NCBI GenBank assembly: GCA_964016885.1 | Contig: OZ024742.1 | Coordinates: forward strand, 221,588,001 to 221,652,000 | DNA: 64,000 bases | Direction of reading: 5' to 3' | From: Eledone cirrhosa | Lineage: Eukaryota | Shown here: positions 1 to 12,810 of the stretch, piece by piece | Layout: every line of letters begins with the position of its first letter | Numbering within the stretch: the first letter of the stretch is position 1 | Position numbers and translations under genes: made by a program | The notes under the pieces: generated by a model | The model's database searches: none | The model's input: the letters and a program-made list of their open reading frames with translations, nothing else | Told to the model about the DNA's origin: nothing

Positions 1-1161
1 GGGAATCGGCCTCCAGGTCAACTCGGCCAAGTCGGAGGTGGTGAACGTCAGCCTCGATGCTGCGAGCTTTTCAGCCTCCGTCTTGGACGTGCGGTCTATT
101 CTCCGCCAGGTTCAGGTAACTCCCAAAGAGGATGTCCTCAACCTCGGGTCTCCGATCCACCCGCCGGCCATCCGCTCCACCATCAGGTCCAGGCTTCAAC
201 AGCTCCAGACTCTCACGAGCCGACTGGGCTTGATTGACGGCCACCCAGCTCTCTTTCTGCTGAGGAACTGCTTCGCCATGCCGAGGCTCCTCTATACACT
301 CCGCAGCGCTCCATGCTACACCCAGACATCTCTCCTCGCTGACCTCGATACTTGTATCTTAGCAGCAGCCGAGGGGATGTGCAATGTCAAGTTTGACGAC
401 ATAGGGTGGCAACAGGCCACTTTACCGGTCAGGTATGGCGGCCTAGGCCTCCGGTCCCCGATCTCACTAGCTTTGCCTGCGTATCTTTCGTCGGTAACCT
501 CGTGCCGCGTCCTCGTCAGCAGGGTTCTTCAAAACACAACAGAACCCTCGGCCTCCATCCGCTTTCCTGTCGTCACAGTGCCGGCCGCATTCCACGCCAT
601 ACTGCCCTCAACGAGGTCATTAAGCATGGCTTGGACGCTGCAGGCTTCCCTTCCCAGCTCGAGCCGGTGGGGCTGGATCGAGGGGACGGCAAAAGGCCAG
701 ATGGCATGACCATCTTCCCGTTCCGCGGTGGCAAACCCCTCGTCTGGGATGCCACTTGCACCGACACTTTCTGCAGCCGCAACCTGGTGCAGTCTGCGAC
801 TGACCCAGGTTCTGCTGCACGTCGGGCTGAGGGGGCCAAACTCCTCAAATACCGGTCGCTCTCCGACAGGTTTGCGATCGTACCCCTGGCAGTGGAGACT
901 TCTGGTGTCCTCGGCCCCAGGGCTACCTCCTTACTCACCACCATAGGCGCTGATCTGGCCAGCCGTAGGTGTGAGCCCCGCGAGTTGGAGTGGCTTTTCC
1001 AGCGCGTCTCCCTTGCCGTCCTCCGGGGAAACGCCTTCTCCATCTGTCCGCTGGAGCTGTGGGTGGGCCCTATCGCGTACCAATACATTAGTTAAATACC
1101 ATTCTTTCATCTGATACAACACAATAAAGTTTCTATATATGTAAAAAAAAAAAAAAAAAAA
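1..1161 (+). mobile_element. CRE-clade non-LTR retrotransposon, 3' part (RT C-terminus/thumb, partial zinc knuckle, restriction-like endonuclease, polyA tail), with an internal deletion
   Basis: Frame from nt 2 reads GIGLQVNSAKSEV...LLRNCFAMPRLLYTLRSAP...QATLPVRYGGLGLRS. A second frame from ~548 reads GLHPLSC...RH..LN...KRPDG...WDATCTDT...AEGAKLLKY...PLAVETSGVLG...FQRVSLAVLRGNA (RLE motifs). AATAAA at 1123-1128, A19 at 1143-1161. GC- and CpG-rich relative to the host DNA. Confidence 0.92.
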
Positions 1162-1399
1162 TTATCACTACCTTAATAGTCTTACTAGCTACTTCGAGTT
1201 AGCTTAAATGCATGTATCAAAGAAAACGATACAGTAGAAGTTGTGTGTTGTACTTTACAGTAGTTGAGAATGACAGGAAGTCAATATGCATGTACGTACA
1301 TCCTACATTGACGTATGATAACAACTTTTGTTTTTAGAATAAAACAACTTTATCCAAATTCATGGCGTCAATTACTTACGCACGTACATAATCAAATAT

Positions 1400-1612
1400 A
1401 TATATGTGTGTATGTGTGAGTGTGTACGCGTGTGTACGCGTGTGTGCGTGTGCGTGTGTGGAATGCACTTATGTACATACACACATACATAAATACATAC
1501 ATACATAAATACGTACATACATAAATGCATACATACATACGTTCGTACGTACATGCGTTCGTACATATATAAATACATTCATACGTACATACATACATTC
1601 ATACGTACATAC

Positions 1613-1643
<31 letters not shown>

Positions 1644-1787
1644 CATTCGTACGTACATACGCACATACATACATACACATACATACATACATACATACAT
1701 TCGTACATACATACATACATACATACATACATACATACATACATACATACATACATACGTACATACGCACATAGATACATACATACA
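1400..1787. repeat. (TG)n / (TACA)n compound microsatellite
   Basis: Direct reading; explains the MYVC/YIHT pseudo-ORFs. Confidence 0.95.
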
Positions 1788-2118
1788 TGGTGGCTGCCAA
1801 CTCGTTTTCGAGTACGGCCACTACTTTATATCCATGTAGGAGAACCCCTACCGATGCGCTGAACGAGTGTGACTTTTTAGTCCAGCCAGCGACTTGAAAA
1901 CTCTGGTAAAGTCGCTGAGCCTGGACTAAAAAGTACCCATGGTACCATGTGACGACAAGTGCAGAGAGATCTCCAGATATAAAGCAATGCCTGTGCCGTG
2001 AAGCTTTTATAGTGAGCAAAGGCACTGCACAAAGCATACATGTGTCAGAGTTTTGTTGTTCAAATACATCAGTTCAGTCACTTACCGGGACAACCACAAT
2101 ATATTAGTGGTTCACAAA

Positions 2119-2340
2119 ATAATGGTTTCTTATATAGGCACAAGGCCAGCAATTTTGGGGGAGGAGAAAGTCGATTAAATCGACCTCAGTGTGTGACTGG
2201 TACTTTATTTTATCGACCTCGTAAGGATGAAAGACAAAGTTAACCTCGGCGGGATTTGAACTCAGATCATAAAGGCCCGTAACTCTATGCAGCAAAGCAT
2301 GGTGTCCGACGCTCTACCGATACTGCAAATCAACCGCCCT
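2119..2340 (-). mobile_element. tRNA-derived SINE with Deu/Nin-like core (dominant family of this window)
   Basis: Minus strand shows a tRNA-like head (B-box GAGTTCAAATCC), the core CTTTCATCCTTACGAGGTCGATAAAATAAAGTACCAG, the palindrome GTCGATTTAATCGAC and a 3' end GCTGGCCTTGTGCC. About 20 related copies occur in the window. Confidence 0.88.
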
Positions 2341-2532
2341 TAGTGGTTTACAAAATAATATTTTTTGTTTTGTTTTGTTTTGTTTTGTTTTGTTTTGGAA
2401 AATTTTAATCTAAATAACAATGGCTTACACCTAGTTGCACTGGAGTCTTGTTTTTGTCTTTCATCCTTACGTGGTCGATAACACAAAGCACCAGTAATGC
2501 ACTGGTGTCGATTTAATCGACTTTCCCCTTCC

Positions 2533-2719
2533 CCAACCTCTAAAATCCCAAACGGAAAGTACCATGAAAAAAAGTACCCCAAAACGGGGAGAAATGAGGC
2601 AAGATGGGGATATTTTACCATAATGAAAGCTATACCCATTTTCACAAGAGAAGACATCTCTCACTCACCCCAAGATGGGTGGGAGATCTCTCGTCGGACG
2701 GGAAGAGTTGACAGGTCTG
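2533..2719. mobile_element. Truncated copy of the ~190-bp CAGACCTGCCAAC-TIR MITE
   Basis: Matches 13429-13620 internally and ends in GTTGACAGGTCTG; the left TIR is lost next to a SINE fragment. Confidence 0.8.
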
Positions 2720-3106
2720 TAATTATGTAACCAGTTTTATTCAAAAGTCTTGGGTTGATTCAGGGATATGGTAAATGACACTTGCCCAAGATGCTAGGCT
2801 GTGATATAGAACCTGAGACCTCATGACCCAAACCAAAGCGAACTTCTAAACCAGTCGATCAAGACTTTCGTCCACATTAAAAATGTTTGTCTTCTTCACA
2901 TACTTGCTAAGTATGATATCATGCATCACTGACAATAAGTGAAACTTTTGACGGCGGTGTCAAACGTGATCATTGGACCATAGAAACAAACTAATATAGT
3001 GATATGTGTGTGTAGGTATGTATATGTGTATGTGTGTTTAAATGTATGCGTGCATATGTATGTATATATATATGTGTGTGTGTGTGTGCATATGTATGTA
3101 TATATA

Positions 3107-3303
3107 CAGGGTGTTTAAAAAGAATAGATATCATGGCTTGTTCCCATTAAAATATATATCGTGAATTAGCGTTACAATGCTGACAAATTTTGAGGAATAA
3201 ATCTTATGTGGCTCAACATTAAACCTGCTCAGTCACATCTTACACTTTTTAGTTTCTGGGATATTTACATCTCAAATGATAACAATTTTTTTAAAACACC
3301 CTG
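3107..3303. mobile_element. Tc1/mariner-type MITE
   Basis: TIRs CAGGGTGTTTAAAAA / TTTTTAAAACACCCTG, flanked by TA on both sides. Confidence 0.85.
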
Positions 3304-3447
3304 TATATATGTGTGTGTGTACGTATGTATATATATATCATCGTTGCTGTCGTTCAGCATCAGTGTAGCTCTTCAGAATAATACTCTTCAGCAAGGTAAA
3401 AATCTGTTTAATTCCAAAGAACATATTCATTCATGAAAAAATAATAA

Positions 3448-3655
3448 TATTTTTTGATTTAGGCACAAGGCCAACAATTTGGGGAGGAGGGGAAGTCGAT
3501 TAAATCAACCTTAGTGCCTTGCTGGTTCTTTAATTTATCGGCCCCTATAAGGATGAAAGGCAAAGCTAACCTCGGCGGGATTTGAACTCAGAACATAAAG
3601 AGATGTAACTAAATACCACTAGGTTATTTTGTCCAACACTTTACCAATCAACCAA
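3448..3655 (-). mobile_element. Deu/Nin-like SINE copy
   Basis: Same core as 2119-2340. Confidence 0.85.
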
Positions 3656-3797
3656 CTTCAGTTATAATAAAAGATACGACACAATCTGGCCCAACTAGCC
3701 TCAAAATGTGACAACTCGACCAACCCATACAAGCAGGGAAAACAGATGAAAAATAAGCAAGCTGCGCCATTTTATCTCCTCACATCTGTTTCAAGAT

Positions 3798-4413
3798 TAT
3801 ATTTACTCCATTCCAGAAACTAATTAGTTGGAAGTGATATTTTAGTAAGTAAGTTAATTTTATAATTTTCTTATTTTACGTCTCTTATATTATTGTTCTG
3901 CAACCCCATGCATTGAACCACACTGTTATTAAGACAAAACCTATATATTTGCTAGCATTGATATGCATCTGTATGTATATATATGTTACTAGATATGAAT
4001 TCTTTATTATTATCTCCAAATTATTTGTCGAGCAATATTGGCCATGACTGCTGCTACGGTTGTAGGCAGGCCGCTGTCTTATTAGCAAACCACTTTCCAC
4101 TGTTTGACCTCGATGTCACGTGTTCGATTCTTTTTGAATTTGCCACATACGTAGAGGCAGTGATTTTCTCAATGGCTTGGAATTCAGTCCACGCTTCGCT
4201 ATTTCCTATCCACTGAATTATTTTTAAATAAGTTTCCAGTGTCCTCGCTTTGCCTGGAAACTTACATGAGAATAGACTTTCCTGACGACGGAATGCTTCT
4301 CAATATTATTCTTCGGAAAATATATTTACTCCATTCCAGAAACTAATTAGTTGGAAGTGATATTTTAGTAAGTAAGTTAATTTTATAATTTTCTTATTTT
4401 ACGTCTCTTATAT
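3798..4413 (+). mobile_element. Hammerhead-bearing element with 93-bp direct terminal repeats (retrozyme / Penelope pLTR-like)
   Basis: 3798-3890 is identical to 4321-4413 (period 523 bp). The repeat carries the 3' half of a hammerhead and the element ends in (TA)n. Confidence 0.7.
4276..4358 (+). ncRNA. Type I hammerhead ribozyme (palindromic stem III, long loop II)
   Basis: Stem I ACTTTC/GGAAGT (6 bp, one G-U); core CTGACGA 4282-4288; stem II GGAATG/CATTCC; GAAA 4339-4342; stem III palindrome ACTAATTAGT; NUH triplet GUU ending at 4352. C10.1-A11.1 is a mismatch. Confidence 0.72.
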
Positions 4414-4422
4414 ATATATATA

Positions 4423-4797
<375 letters not shown>

Positions 4798-4849
4798 TCA
4801 CTGTGTGTATATGTATGTATGCGTGCAGATATGTGTATGTGTGTGTACG

Positions 4850-5150
4850 AGTAAAGTGGTTAGAGTGTTCATCTCACGATTGTAAAGTGTGTTCGATTCC
4901 CGGCGGTGCATAGTAGCCTTGAGTATAACATTTTATTTCACCTTGCCCCAATCCAGTCAGCTGAAAGAAAATGAGTTGTACCTGTAATTCAAAGGGAGTC
5001 CTTTCACATACTGAATCATGCTGAATCTCTCTTACATTACGGATTCGCGTGTCTGTAGAATGCTCAGTCACTTGCACATTAATTTCACAAGCAGACTTTC
5101 CATTGGCCGTACAACTGGAACACTCATCGTCGGAATCGACGGAGGCCCAA
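4850..5150 (+). mobile_element. tRNA-derived SINE, second family (further copies at ~11895-12140 +, 12240-12400 -, 12880-13395 -, 50210-50330 +, 59690-59830 -)
   Basis: Head GTAAAGTGGTTAGAGTG...GTTCGATTCC, then CCTTGAG...TTTATTTCAC core and a shared tail GTACCTGTAATTCAAAGGG...CACTTGCACATTAATTTCAC. Confidence 0.75.
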
Positions 5151-5685
5151 CACACACATATACGTTTGTATGTCTGTATGGATTATATGTGTGTGAGGTG
5201 TATAGAAAATAGTGTATTTTTTAGAGGACTAACGATAGCAAAGTTGTTGGAATGTTACCTCGGAAGTGTTTAATTAGCCCTTAATATTTCAAAATAAAAT
5301 CCCTTCGTCAAAAGAAGAATTGGAGAAATAAAATGGAGCAGGATACCTTGTACTGTTCTTATGCTAGCATAATGATCGTTAGAAGGCAATGATTTGTGAA
5401 GAAGGAAGAGATAAAGAATACAAATTAATATTTGCTCGTAAAACTGTCACCTTTAATTATTCAACAGATGCTTAAATAAAATTAATAAAACAGTATTAAA
5501 ATTTTTTATTGATTTTTACAGTGAGGCTAACGAAATATATTTTCTAAAAAGAGGTAGGAGTGGTTGCCAAAAACGTTTGAGAAACTGATTTAAATCTATA
5601 ATTTAAATTACGTAACTAAACACTGCGAGAGATTTTGCCCGTCAATATTCCGATAGTGCCACTCAGCAAGCTCATTCATTCTAAT

Positions 5686-6000
5686 TCTTCTTCTTCTCAT
5701 TCCCTCCTCATATCTGAGGGTCGCGGGTCAAGGACTCGTGGACCAGCACTCTCCATCCTTTCCTGTCTCTTGCCATTGCCGTATATTCCGCCAAATTCCT
5801 TCCTGTTCATTCCTTAGTATCATCTGTCCATCTCCTTTTTCTGCTGTCCCTTAGCCCTTTTCCCCCCTATTCGTCCCTCAAGAGTGTGGGTAGTCGATTT
5901 TAGGCCCTGATGGCATGACCAAAATACTGAAGTTTCCTTTTCCTTGTTGTTTCAACCAACTGTCGATTGGCGTCAATCTCATCCAGGACAGATTCTAATC
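5686..6000 (-). pseudogene. RTE-clade LINE 3' end remnant with (GAA)n tail
   Basis: Minus strand translates RKRKLQYFGHAIR...RRWTDD...MARDRKGWRVLV, with stops and frameshifts. Confidence 0.8.
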
Positions 6001-6019
6001 AATATCTTCTAATTGATAA

Positions 6020-6376
6020 CGGGGAGTGCCATGAAAGAAAAGTGCCCCAAAACAGGTAGAAATGGGGAAAAATGGGGAGATTTTACATAATTGTTTCTAC
6101 TATTGGCACAAGGCCAGCAATTACCCAGTGTATTACTGGTACTTTATTTTATCGACCTCGAACGGATGAAAGGCAAAGTTAACCCCGGCGGGATTTGAAC
6201 TCAGAATGGCAAGGACCGTAACTCTATGCGTCAAAGCATGGCGTCCAACCCTCTACCGATACTGCCAATCCTTACATAATGAAAGCTATACCCATTTTCA
6301 CAAGAGAAGACATCTTTCACCTACCCCAAAGTGGGTGGGTGACCTCCCCATAGGATAGAGAGAGTTGACAGGTCTG
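6020..6376. mobile_element. MITE (GTTGACAGGTCTG end) interrupted by a SINE at 6092-6271
   Basis: TSD TTACATAAT at 6083-6091 and 6272-6280; the empty site is seen in the 13429-13620 copy. Confidence 0.85.
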
Positions 6377-6377
6377 A

Positions 6378-6780
6378 CAAAAACAATACCAACAATATCA
6401 ACAACAACAGCAATACCAAGAACAACAACTATAATACCAACAACAAGAGCAATACCCCCCCCCCCTAACCAACAACAATAGCAGCAGCAGCAGCCACAAC
6501 AACAACAACAATAGCAGCAGCAGCCACAACAACAACAATAGCAGCAGCAGCAGCCACAACAACAACAACACCAATAGCAGCAGCAGCCACGACAACAACA
6601 ACAATAGCAGCAGCAGCAGCAGTCACAACAACAACAACAATAGCAGCAGCAGCCACAACAACAACAATAGCAGCAGCAGCAGCAACCACAACAACAACAA
6701 CACCAATAACAGCAGCAGCAGCAGCAGCAGCAACGACGACAACAACAATAGCAGCAGCAACAGCAACAACAGCAACAACG
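6378..6780. repeat. (CAA)n/(CAG)n compound repeat
   Basis: Direct reading. Confidence 0.95.
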
Positions 6781-7066
6781 TTATCTAAACGAATGCCTGC
6801 CAGTTCTTTAATTTATTTCCATCCTAACATCTTGCTCCACTCCATCCGTGCCCACTTCTTTAAGTCAATGAAGAAGCAAGCAACAGGCTGGTCAATAGAA
6901 TATTTTCTGCGATTATTCTAATCAGATTTATCAAGACTTCCCAACAAGTGGGAGTCTTAGCTAAGTAGTAAATCCGTTTGAATTAATCTTTAAAAGTGGC
7001 TAGTGTCAGAATGATGGGAAACATGAGCCAAACATGTGCAGTTATCTCGCAACCAAAAACATGGAT

Positions 7067-7100
<34 letters not shown>

Positions 7101-7197
7101 GTCTGTGTGCTTGTATGTATGTGTGTATGTATTTATATATATATATATGCATACATAAATATATATGTATATATACGTATATGCATACATATATATA

Positions 7198-7237
<40 letters not shown>

Positions 7238-7238
7238 C

Positions 7239-7271
<33 letters not shown>

Positions 7272-7304
7272 CGTATATATATGTATATATATATTATATA
7301 CATA

Positions 7305-7413
<109 letters not shown>

Positions 7414-7483
7414 ATTTATATATATATATATATAATTATAAAAAATAAACAAAGAAGCCTTCAATACATCAAAAGTCTTTATT

Positions 7484-7525
7484 AGCTGACAATGTTTCGT
7501 CCCATTAATAGGGACTCATCAGAGC
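7484..7525 (-). ncRNA. Minimal type I hammerhead ribozyme (inverted copy)
   Basis: Reverse complement reads GCT-CTGATGA-GTCCC-tattaat-GGGAC-GAAAC-att-GTC-AGC. Confidence 0.88.
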
Positions 7526-8085
7526 AAGGAAATAAACAAGAAGTATTAACGGCCAGAACAATGCAAAACTCAGAAGAACAGGGAATTTATATTTATGAAA
7601 ATTTAGGAAAGACATCAAGGAAAGACATGCTAAAGCTAAAAGTGTGCATTTGCAAATATAGACTATAGGGCAAGAGAGCAAGTAATATGTCAAACCCACG
7701 TTGAAAGTACAATATAAGACAAATACATGAAACACAACATGGTAATACAATGTGAGAATTATAATATGATATAGAATACAATATAATGGATAATAAGAAA
7801 TAAAAAGCTTAATATATATATTTATATATCCATATATATACACATTTACACAAACACATACTAACACTTACTTAAATATTTAAATATAAATATACTCGTT
7901 ATAATAGAATAATCATTATAATAGAATAATCACCATGACAGTGTGAATAAACAATACCATAAACAATGGAATAATATACTGACATAAAAAAATATATAAA
8001 ACTACATCATACGCATCATTTAAGGTCAACAAATTGTGTATAAAGTCTTTTACAGGGTAAGAAAATACTTCTTGTCTATTTCCTT

Positions 8086-8126
8086 GCTCTGATGAGTCCC
8101 TATTAATGGGACGAAACATTGTCAGC
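8086..8126 (+). ncRNA. Minimal type I hammerhead ribozyme
   Basis: CTGATGA 8089-8095; stem II GTCCC/GGGAC; GAAA 8113-8116; short stem III AC-att-GT; GUC cleavage after 8123; stem I GCT/AGC; AATAAA directly downstream at 8128-8133. Confidence 0.9.
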
Positions 8127-8271
8127 TAATAAAGACTTTTGATGTATTGAAGGCTTCTTTGTTTATTTTTTATAATTTTTCGGCTCTGTTGGATTACATT
8201 GAGCTATATCTTATACTGTCATTTCTCTAATACGACGAGTGTTTAACTCCAATGCACTCAAGTATTTTAAT

Positions 8272-8389
<118 letters not shown>

Positions 8390-9058
8390 GAGGGGGGGAA
8401 GATTATACATACATGTGTATAAGAGACAGAACATTTTTTTAAATACATATTGCTGATCAGAGCTTATTTCTGATTACGAATCACTAGGTTTTTTGGTCTT
8501 TTTTTCTATTCTGTTTTGCCTTTGTTTTCGAAATATTCCCTCTCTATTTAATTGGTTATCTATCCATACACTGATCTCTTGATAAAGTGGTAGCGGTGTC
8601 GTCATAACACACGGCGTGTCTTGGGCATTTAAGCCTGGTTGAGTCCATCTCTCACCAGCTCTGAACGCAGCCGACTTCGTCCAAAGAGAGAGAGGAGAGG
8701 AAGAATTTACTCCAGTATTAGACTTGTACATGATCTTTCAACTTCGAAAGATAGGAAAGCAGTGTTGACCTCGGCTGGATTTGCACTCAGAGTGCAGTGA
8801 GGCGGAATGAATAACACAATGCCTTCTCTTGACATTAGAGCATCTGTGATCAAATACCTTGCATATATATTTTTTACCCTGGTTCTTTGCTTTCTGAATT
8901 CATATTTAGTTGTGACCACTTGGCATAAATTAATAAAATTTTGCAGATATATTTTCTATGACGTCAAATGAAAATGCTGATGAGATTTTATAATGTTAAA
9001 TATTTATTTTTGTTTTGATTTTCATTATTTTTTTTATTGTTCGTAATTCATAGTTGTA

Positions 9059-9405
9059 TGAAGGCGCATGGCTTAATGGTTCGAGCATTGGGCTCGCATT
9101 CGGGAGGTTGTGAGTTCGATTCTTGGACCGAGTGATGCGTTGTTTCCTTGAACAAGAAACTTTATTTCACGTTGCTCCAGTTTACTCCACTGTAGAAATG
9201 AGTTGCGACGTCACTGGTGCCAAGCTGTATTAGCCATAGCCTTTCCCTTGGACATCATCGGTGGCGAGGAGAGAGGAAGATGGTATGCATGGGCGACTGC
9301 TGGTCCTCCACAAACAACCTTGCCCGAACTTGTGCCTTGGAGGGAACTTTCTAGGTGCAAATCCTATGGTCATTCGTGACTCAAAGGGGTATTTACCCTT
9401 TACCC
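9059..9405 (+). mobile_element. Full-length tRNA-derived SINE with 14-bp TSD
   Basis: A-box TGGCTTAATGG, B-box GTTCGATTC, CCTTGAACAAGAAACTTTATTTCAC core, (TTTACCC)2 tail; TSD AATTCATAGTTGTA at 9045-9058 and 9406-9419. Confidence 0.9.
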
Positions 9406-9472
9406 AATTCATAGTTGTAGAAATCTATTAATGCAGGCTTCAAAACGATATATCTCAGTTATATCTCAAACT

Positions 9473-10550
9473 TTATTGTCCGAAACAAAATTCATTAAAA
9501 CCTACACATTTTTTGCCAACAGGATACAAGTGTATGAATTTCTATAGCATAGAATTCTGAAATTCTGGAGGCAATGAATTCTTCGAAGGCATTTTGTGCA
9601 GATGTTTGGTTGTCGAAGGCTTTTCTTTGCAAAAGGTTGTCGAAGTGCTTGAAAAAGTGGTATTTGGTTGGTGAAACATTCGGTGACTATGTTGGATGAT
9701 GCAGAGTTTGGTACGCCAATTGGTTCAAATTCTGGAATGCTGATTGCGCAATATGTGTTCAAGCGTTGTCGTGCAAGAGGATTGGACCTTTTCTATATAA
9801 ATATAAACGTGCAAACACAGACTCACAAAAATAAAGACTCAAACATACATTCACACAAACATACACATACATTCACAACTTCTCTCTCAAACTACTCCTA
9901 TCTCTTTACGTGTTGTGACAATGCTTCTCTGCTATGAGTGATTCGCCGAGATTCAGAAATCTGTAGTGGATTAATCCGGCTGCAGACCACCAAGCAACCA
10001 CTATAATCTTCTTTTGGTGCAACTTCGGTATTGGCAAGTATTTAGAAGCTTTATCTCGGTTCAACTACAGTACTAAACGTCGTCGGTTGTCATATAGTAT
10101 CCACTTTTCATCGCACGTCACAATACAATCAAGAAATGGGTCGTTTTGTTGTACAAAAATAAAAACAAAAAGTGGAATTCATAACGGTGATTTTTCCGGC
10201 TTTTGTTCAATTCGTGTGGCACCCATTTTCTAGCTTCTTCTGCTTTCCAATTCGCTTCAAATGTTCATAAATGGTTCCAATGCTTACAGCGAGTCTTCCA
10301 GCAAGCTCTCGAACTGTTGTACGAGGATTTGCTTCCATCAAAGCCTTCAACTCATTGTCGTCAATGGCAAAAGGACGTCCGCAATCTTCTTTATCTTCAA
10401 GAGTGAATTCACCACAACAGAATTTTTTTTAATTAACGGTGAACTGTGCATCCATTAACACTTCATTGGTGTTTCTAGCCGTTTGTGCTCGACTGCAGCC
10501 GAGTTTAAACTCAGAAATAAATTTGGCGTAAATCCTGTTTCGGTATCTTA
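9473..10550 (-). pseudogene. Decayed full-length mariner (DD34D-type) transposase gene
   Basis: Minus strand fragments: EFKLG..AQTARN, GRPFAIDDNELKALMEANPRTTVRELA, KLEKWVPHEL (10208-10225), IVTCDEKWILYDN, LLHDNA, SPNVSPTKYHFFKHFDN, WQKCV. Multiple stops and frameshifts, plus a ~110-bp insertion at ~9790-9905. Confidence 0.92.
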
Positions 10551-10855
10551 ACTTCAAAGATCTGAATATTGACAAAAACACAATTTATATTTAAAATGAA
10601 TTGAAAAAGCATAAAATAAGTTTGAAAATGATACACACTTTTACACACCTTGTGTGAGGTTTTATTATTTAAAGATATGTTGAAACAAATAAAAATATAG
10701 AACCTGCGTTGATTTCTGAATAACCTCATATCATTCCTTATCAACATAAAATTGGAAGGCATGATGAACAAATTTCCGGGTTTATGTTTAGCCTACTACA
10801 AACACAAATCAAAAGTATTCAGTAAGTGAAAGCATTAACCAACAGAACTATACAA

Positions 10856-11215
10856 TGATTGTTACTACTTTTTGCACAAGGCCAGCAATTTTGGGGGTGG
10901 GAAAAGTCGATTAAATCGACCACAGTGCGTGACTGGTACTTTATTTTATCGACCCCTTAAGGATGAAAGGTAAAGTTAACCTCGGCGGGATTTGAATTCA
11001 GACCATAAAGGGCCGTAACTCTATGCTGAACACAATAATGGTTTCTTATATAGGCACAAGGCCAATTATTTTGGGGGAGGAAAAAGTCGATTAAATCGAC
11101 CCAGTGCGTGACTGGTACTTTATTTTATCGACCCCCTAAGGATGAAAAGCAAAGTTAACATCGGCGGGATTTGAATTCAGACCATAAAGGGCCGTAACTC
11201 TATGCTGCAAACAAT
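10856..11215 (-). mobile_element. Two tandem Deu/Nin-like SINE copies
   Basis: Head-to-tail ~175-bp units with near-identical cores. Confidence 0.88.
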
Positions 11216-12189
11216 AATGAAAGTTGTTTTTTTTATTAATTCTTTTTTTAGTTTTAATGTTATCAATGTAATCATGGAAAATTTATCGTTGTGAATATTT
11301 ATTAGAAAATATATATTATAGATTAAGAAAGGTATGAGGTGGGGACGACACAGTAGGTTTGTCGGCTTACTTGGGTGGTAGACTTGAACTGTCACCTAGT
11401 TTAACACCACCATCTGACCCTAGGGTGTTGCCGCACAATTAGATCGAACCCGAAACCACGTGACTTGTCAAGTTTTATTTTACCGACAGCTGTGGGCGTG
11501 TCCTTTCTACGGTTGATACGATATCTAACGTTACAGTCAATATTAGTAATAGTAGTAGTAGTATCATTCCACTGTCTGTACTGGACGACAGCCTTGGGGA
11601 AATTCGATCTGTCGGAAGCTGCCAGAGCTGTCCTGGGGCTAAACAACATTGACAACAACAACAACAACAACAATGACAGCAATGATGACAATAACAACAA
11701 TGACGATAACAACAACAATGACCACTATAACAAAATGACGATAAGATTTCTAGGTAATACACACTGACACACATACACACACTCACACACACACACGCGC
11801 GCACATACACACACACTCACACACATACACTATCATTTTTCCATGTCTCCTTTCACCGTGTGTATCATTGTCAATGCACTGGTTGGCTGTTGATGAAGGC
11901 ACGTGGCTTTGTGGGTAGGCTGTTCGGCTAACGTTCGTCAAGATTTGAGTTCGATTCACGGTGGCGTGTTGTCTCCTTGAGCAAGACACTTTATTTCCCG
12001 TTGCTCCAGTGCACACGAATGATAACTGAATTGTACATGAATTCAAAGGGCCAGCCTTGTCACACACTTAGTAGAGTCAGATTGAATCTCCTCAAGAACT
12101 ACGTTATGGGTGCACATCTCTATAGAGTGTCCAGCCACTTACGATATAATGTGTGTTTGTGGGCTTGTGTACGTGTGTGTATATGGGTG

Positions 12190-12232
<43 letters not shown>

Positions 12233-12489
12233 TGGATTTCCGCCGGTTCCAGCGACGAGTGTTCCCGTTGTTTAAACAACGGAACAATCCACTCGTGAAA
12301 TTAACGAAGTGGTTGATCATTCTACAGACACCTGTACGTACCTTTAACGTAGTTTTCAGTGAGACCCATCATGACACAGTGAATTACAGGTACAGTCCGT
12401 CATATATATCTCCACATGTAATACGTACACACGTAAAATACAATAACAGTGAATCGCCACTATAAATGAATCTCTTATATATACACCAG

Positions 12490-12810
12490 GGCCGCGGCGG
12501 GGCGGACAGAACAGAAAAAAACGTTTCCCCGGAGGATAGTCAGGGAAATGCGCTGGAAGAGCCATTCCAGCTCGCGTGGCTCACACCTGCGGTAAGCCAA
12601 CTCTGTGCCGATGGTGGTGAGCAGGGGGGGGGGGGGGGCCTAGGGCCAAGGACATCAGAAGTCATCCACCTCCAAGGGATCTATCGCAAACCTGTCAGAA
12701 AGCGACCGATATTTGGAGAGTTTATCCTCCTCGGACCAAAGTGCAGCAGAGCCTAGATTAGTCGCAGACTGCACCAGGTTGCTACAGTCGAATGTGTGGC
12801 TGCATGTGGC
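12490..12810 (-). pseudogene. CRE-clade retrotransposon RLE fragment
   Basis: Minus strand: TCSHTFDCSNLVQSATNLGSAA...KYRSLSDRFAI, clearly homologous to 750-1050. Confidence 0.88.

Noticed and set aside
573-1088. 171-aa antisense ORF over the CRE element
   Set aside because: Shadow ORF opposite a GC-rich coding region.
9059-9135. tRNA gene
   Set aside because: It is the tRNA-derived head of a TSD-flanked SINE, with no proper acceptor stem or terminator.
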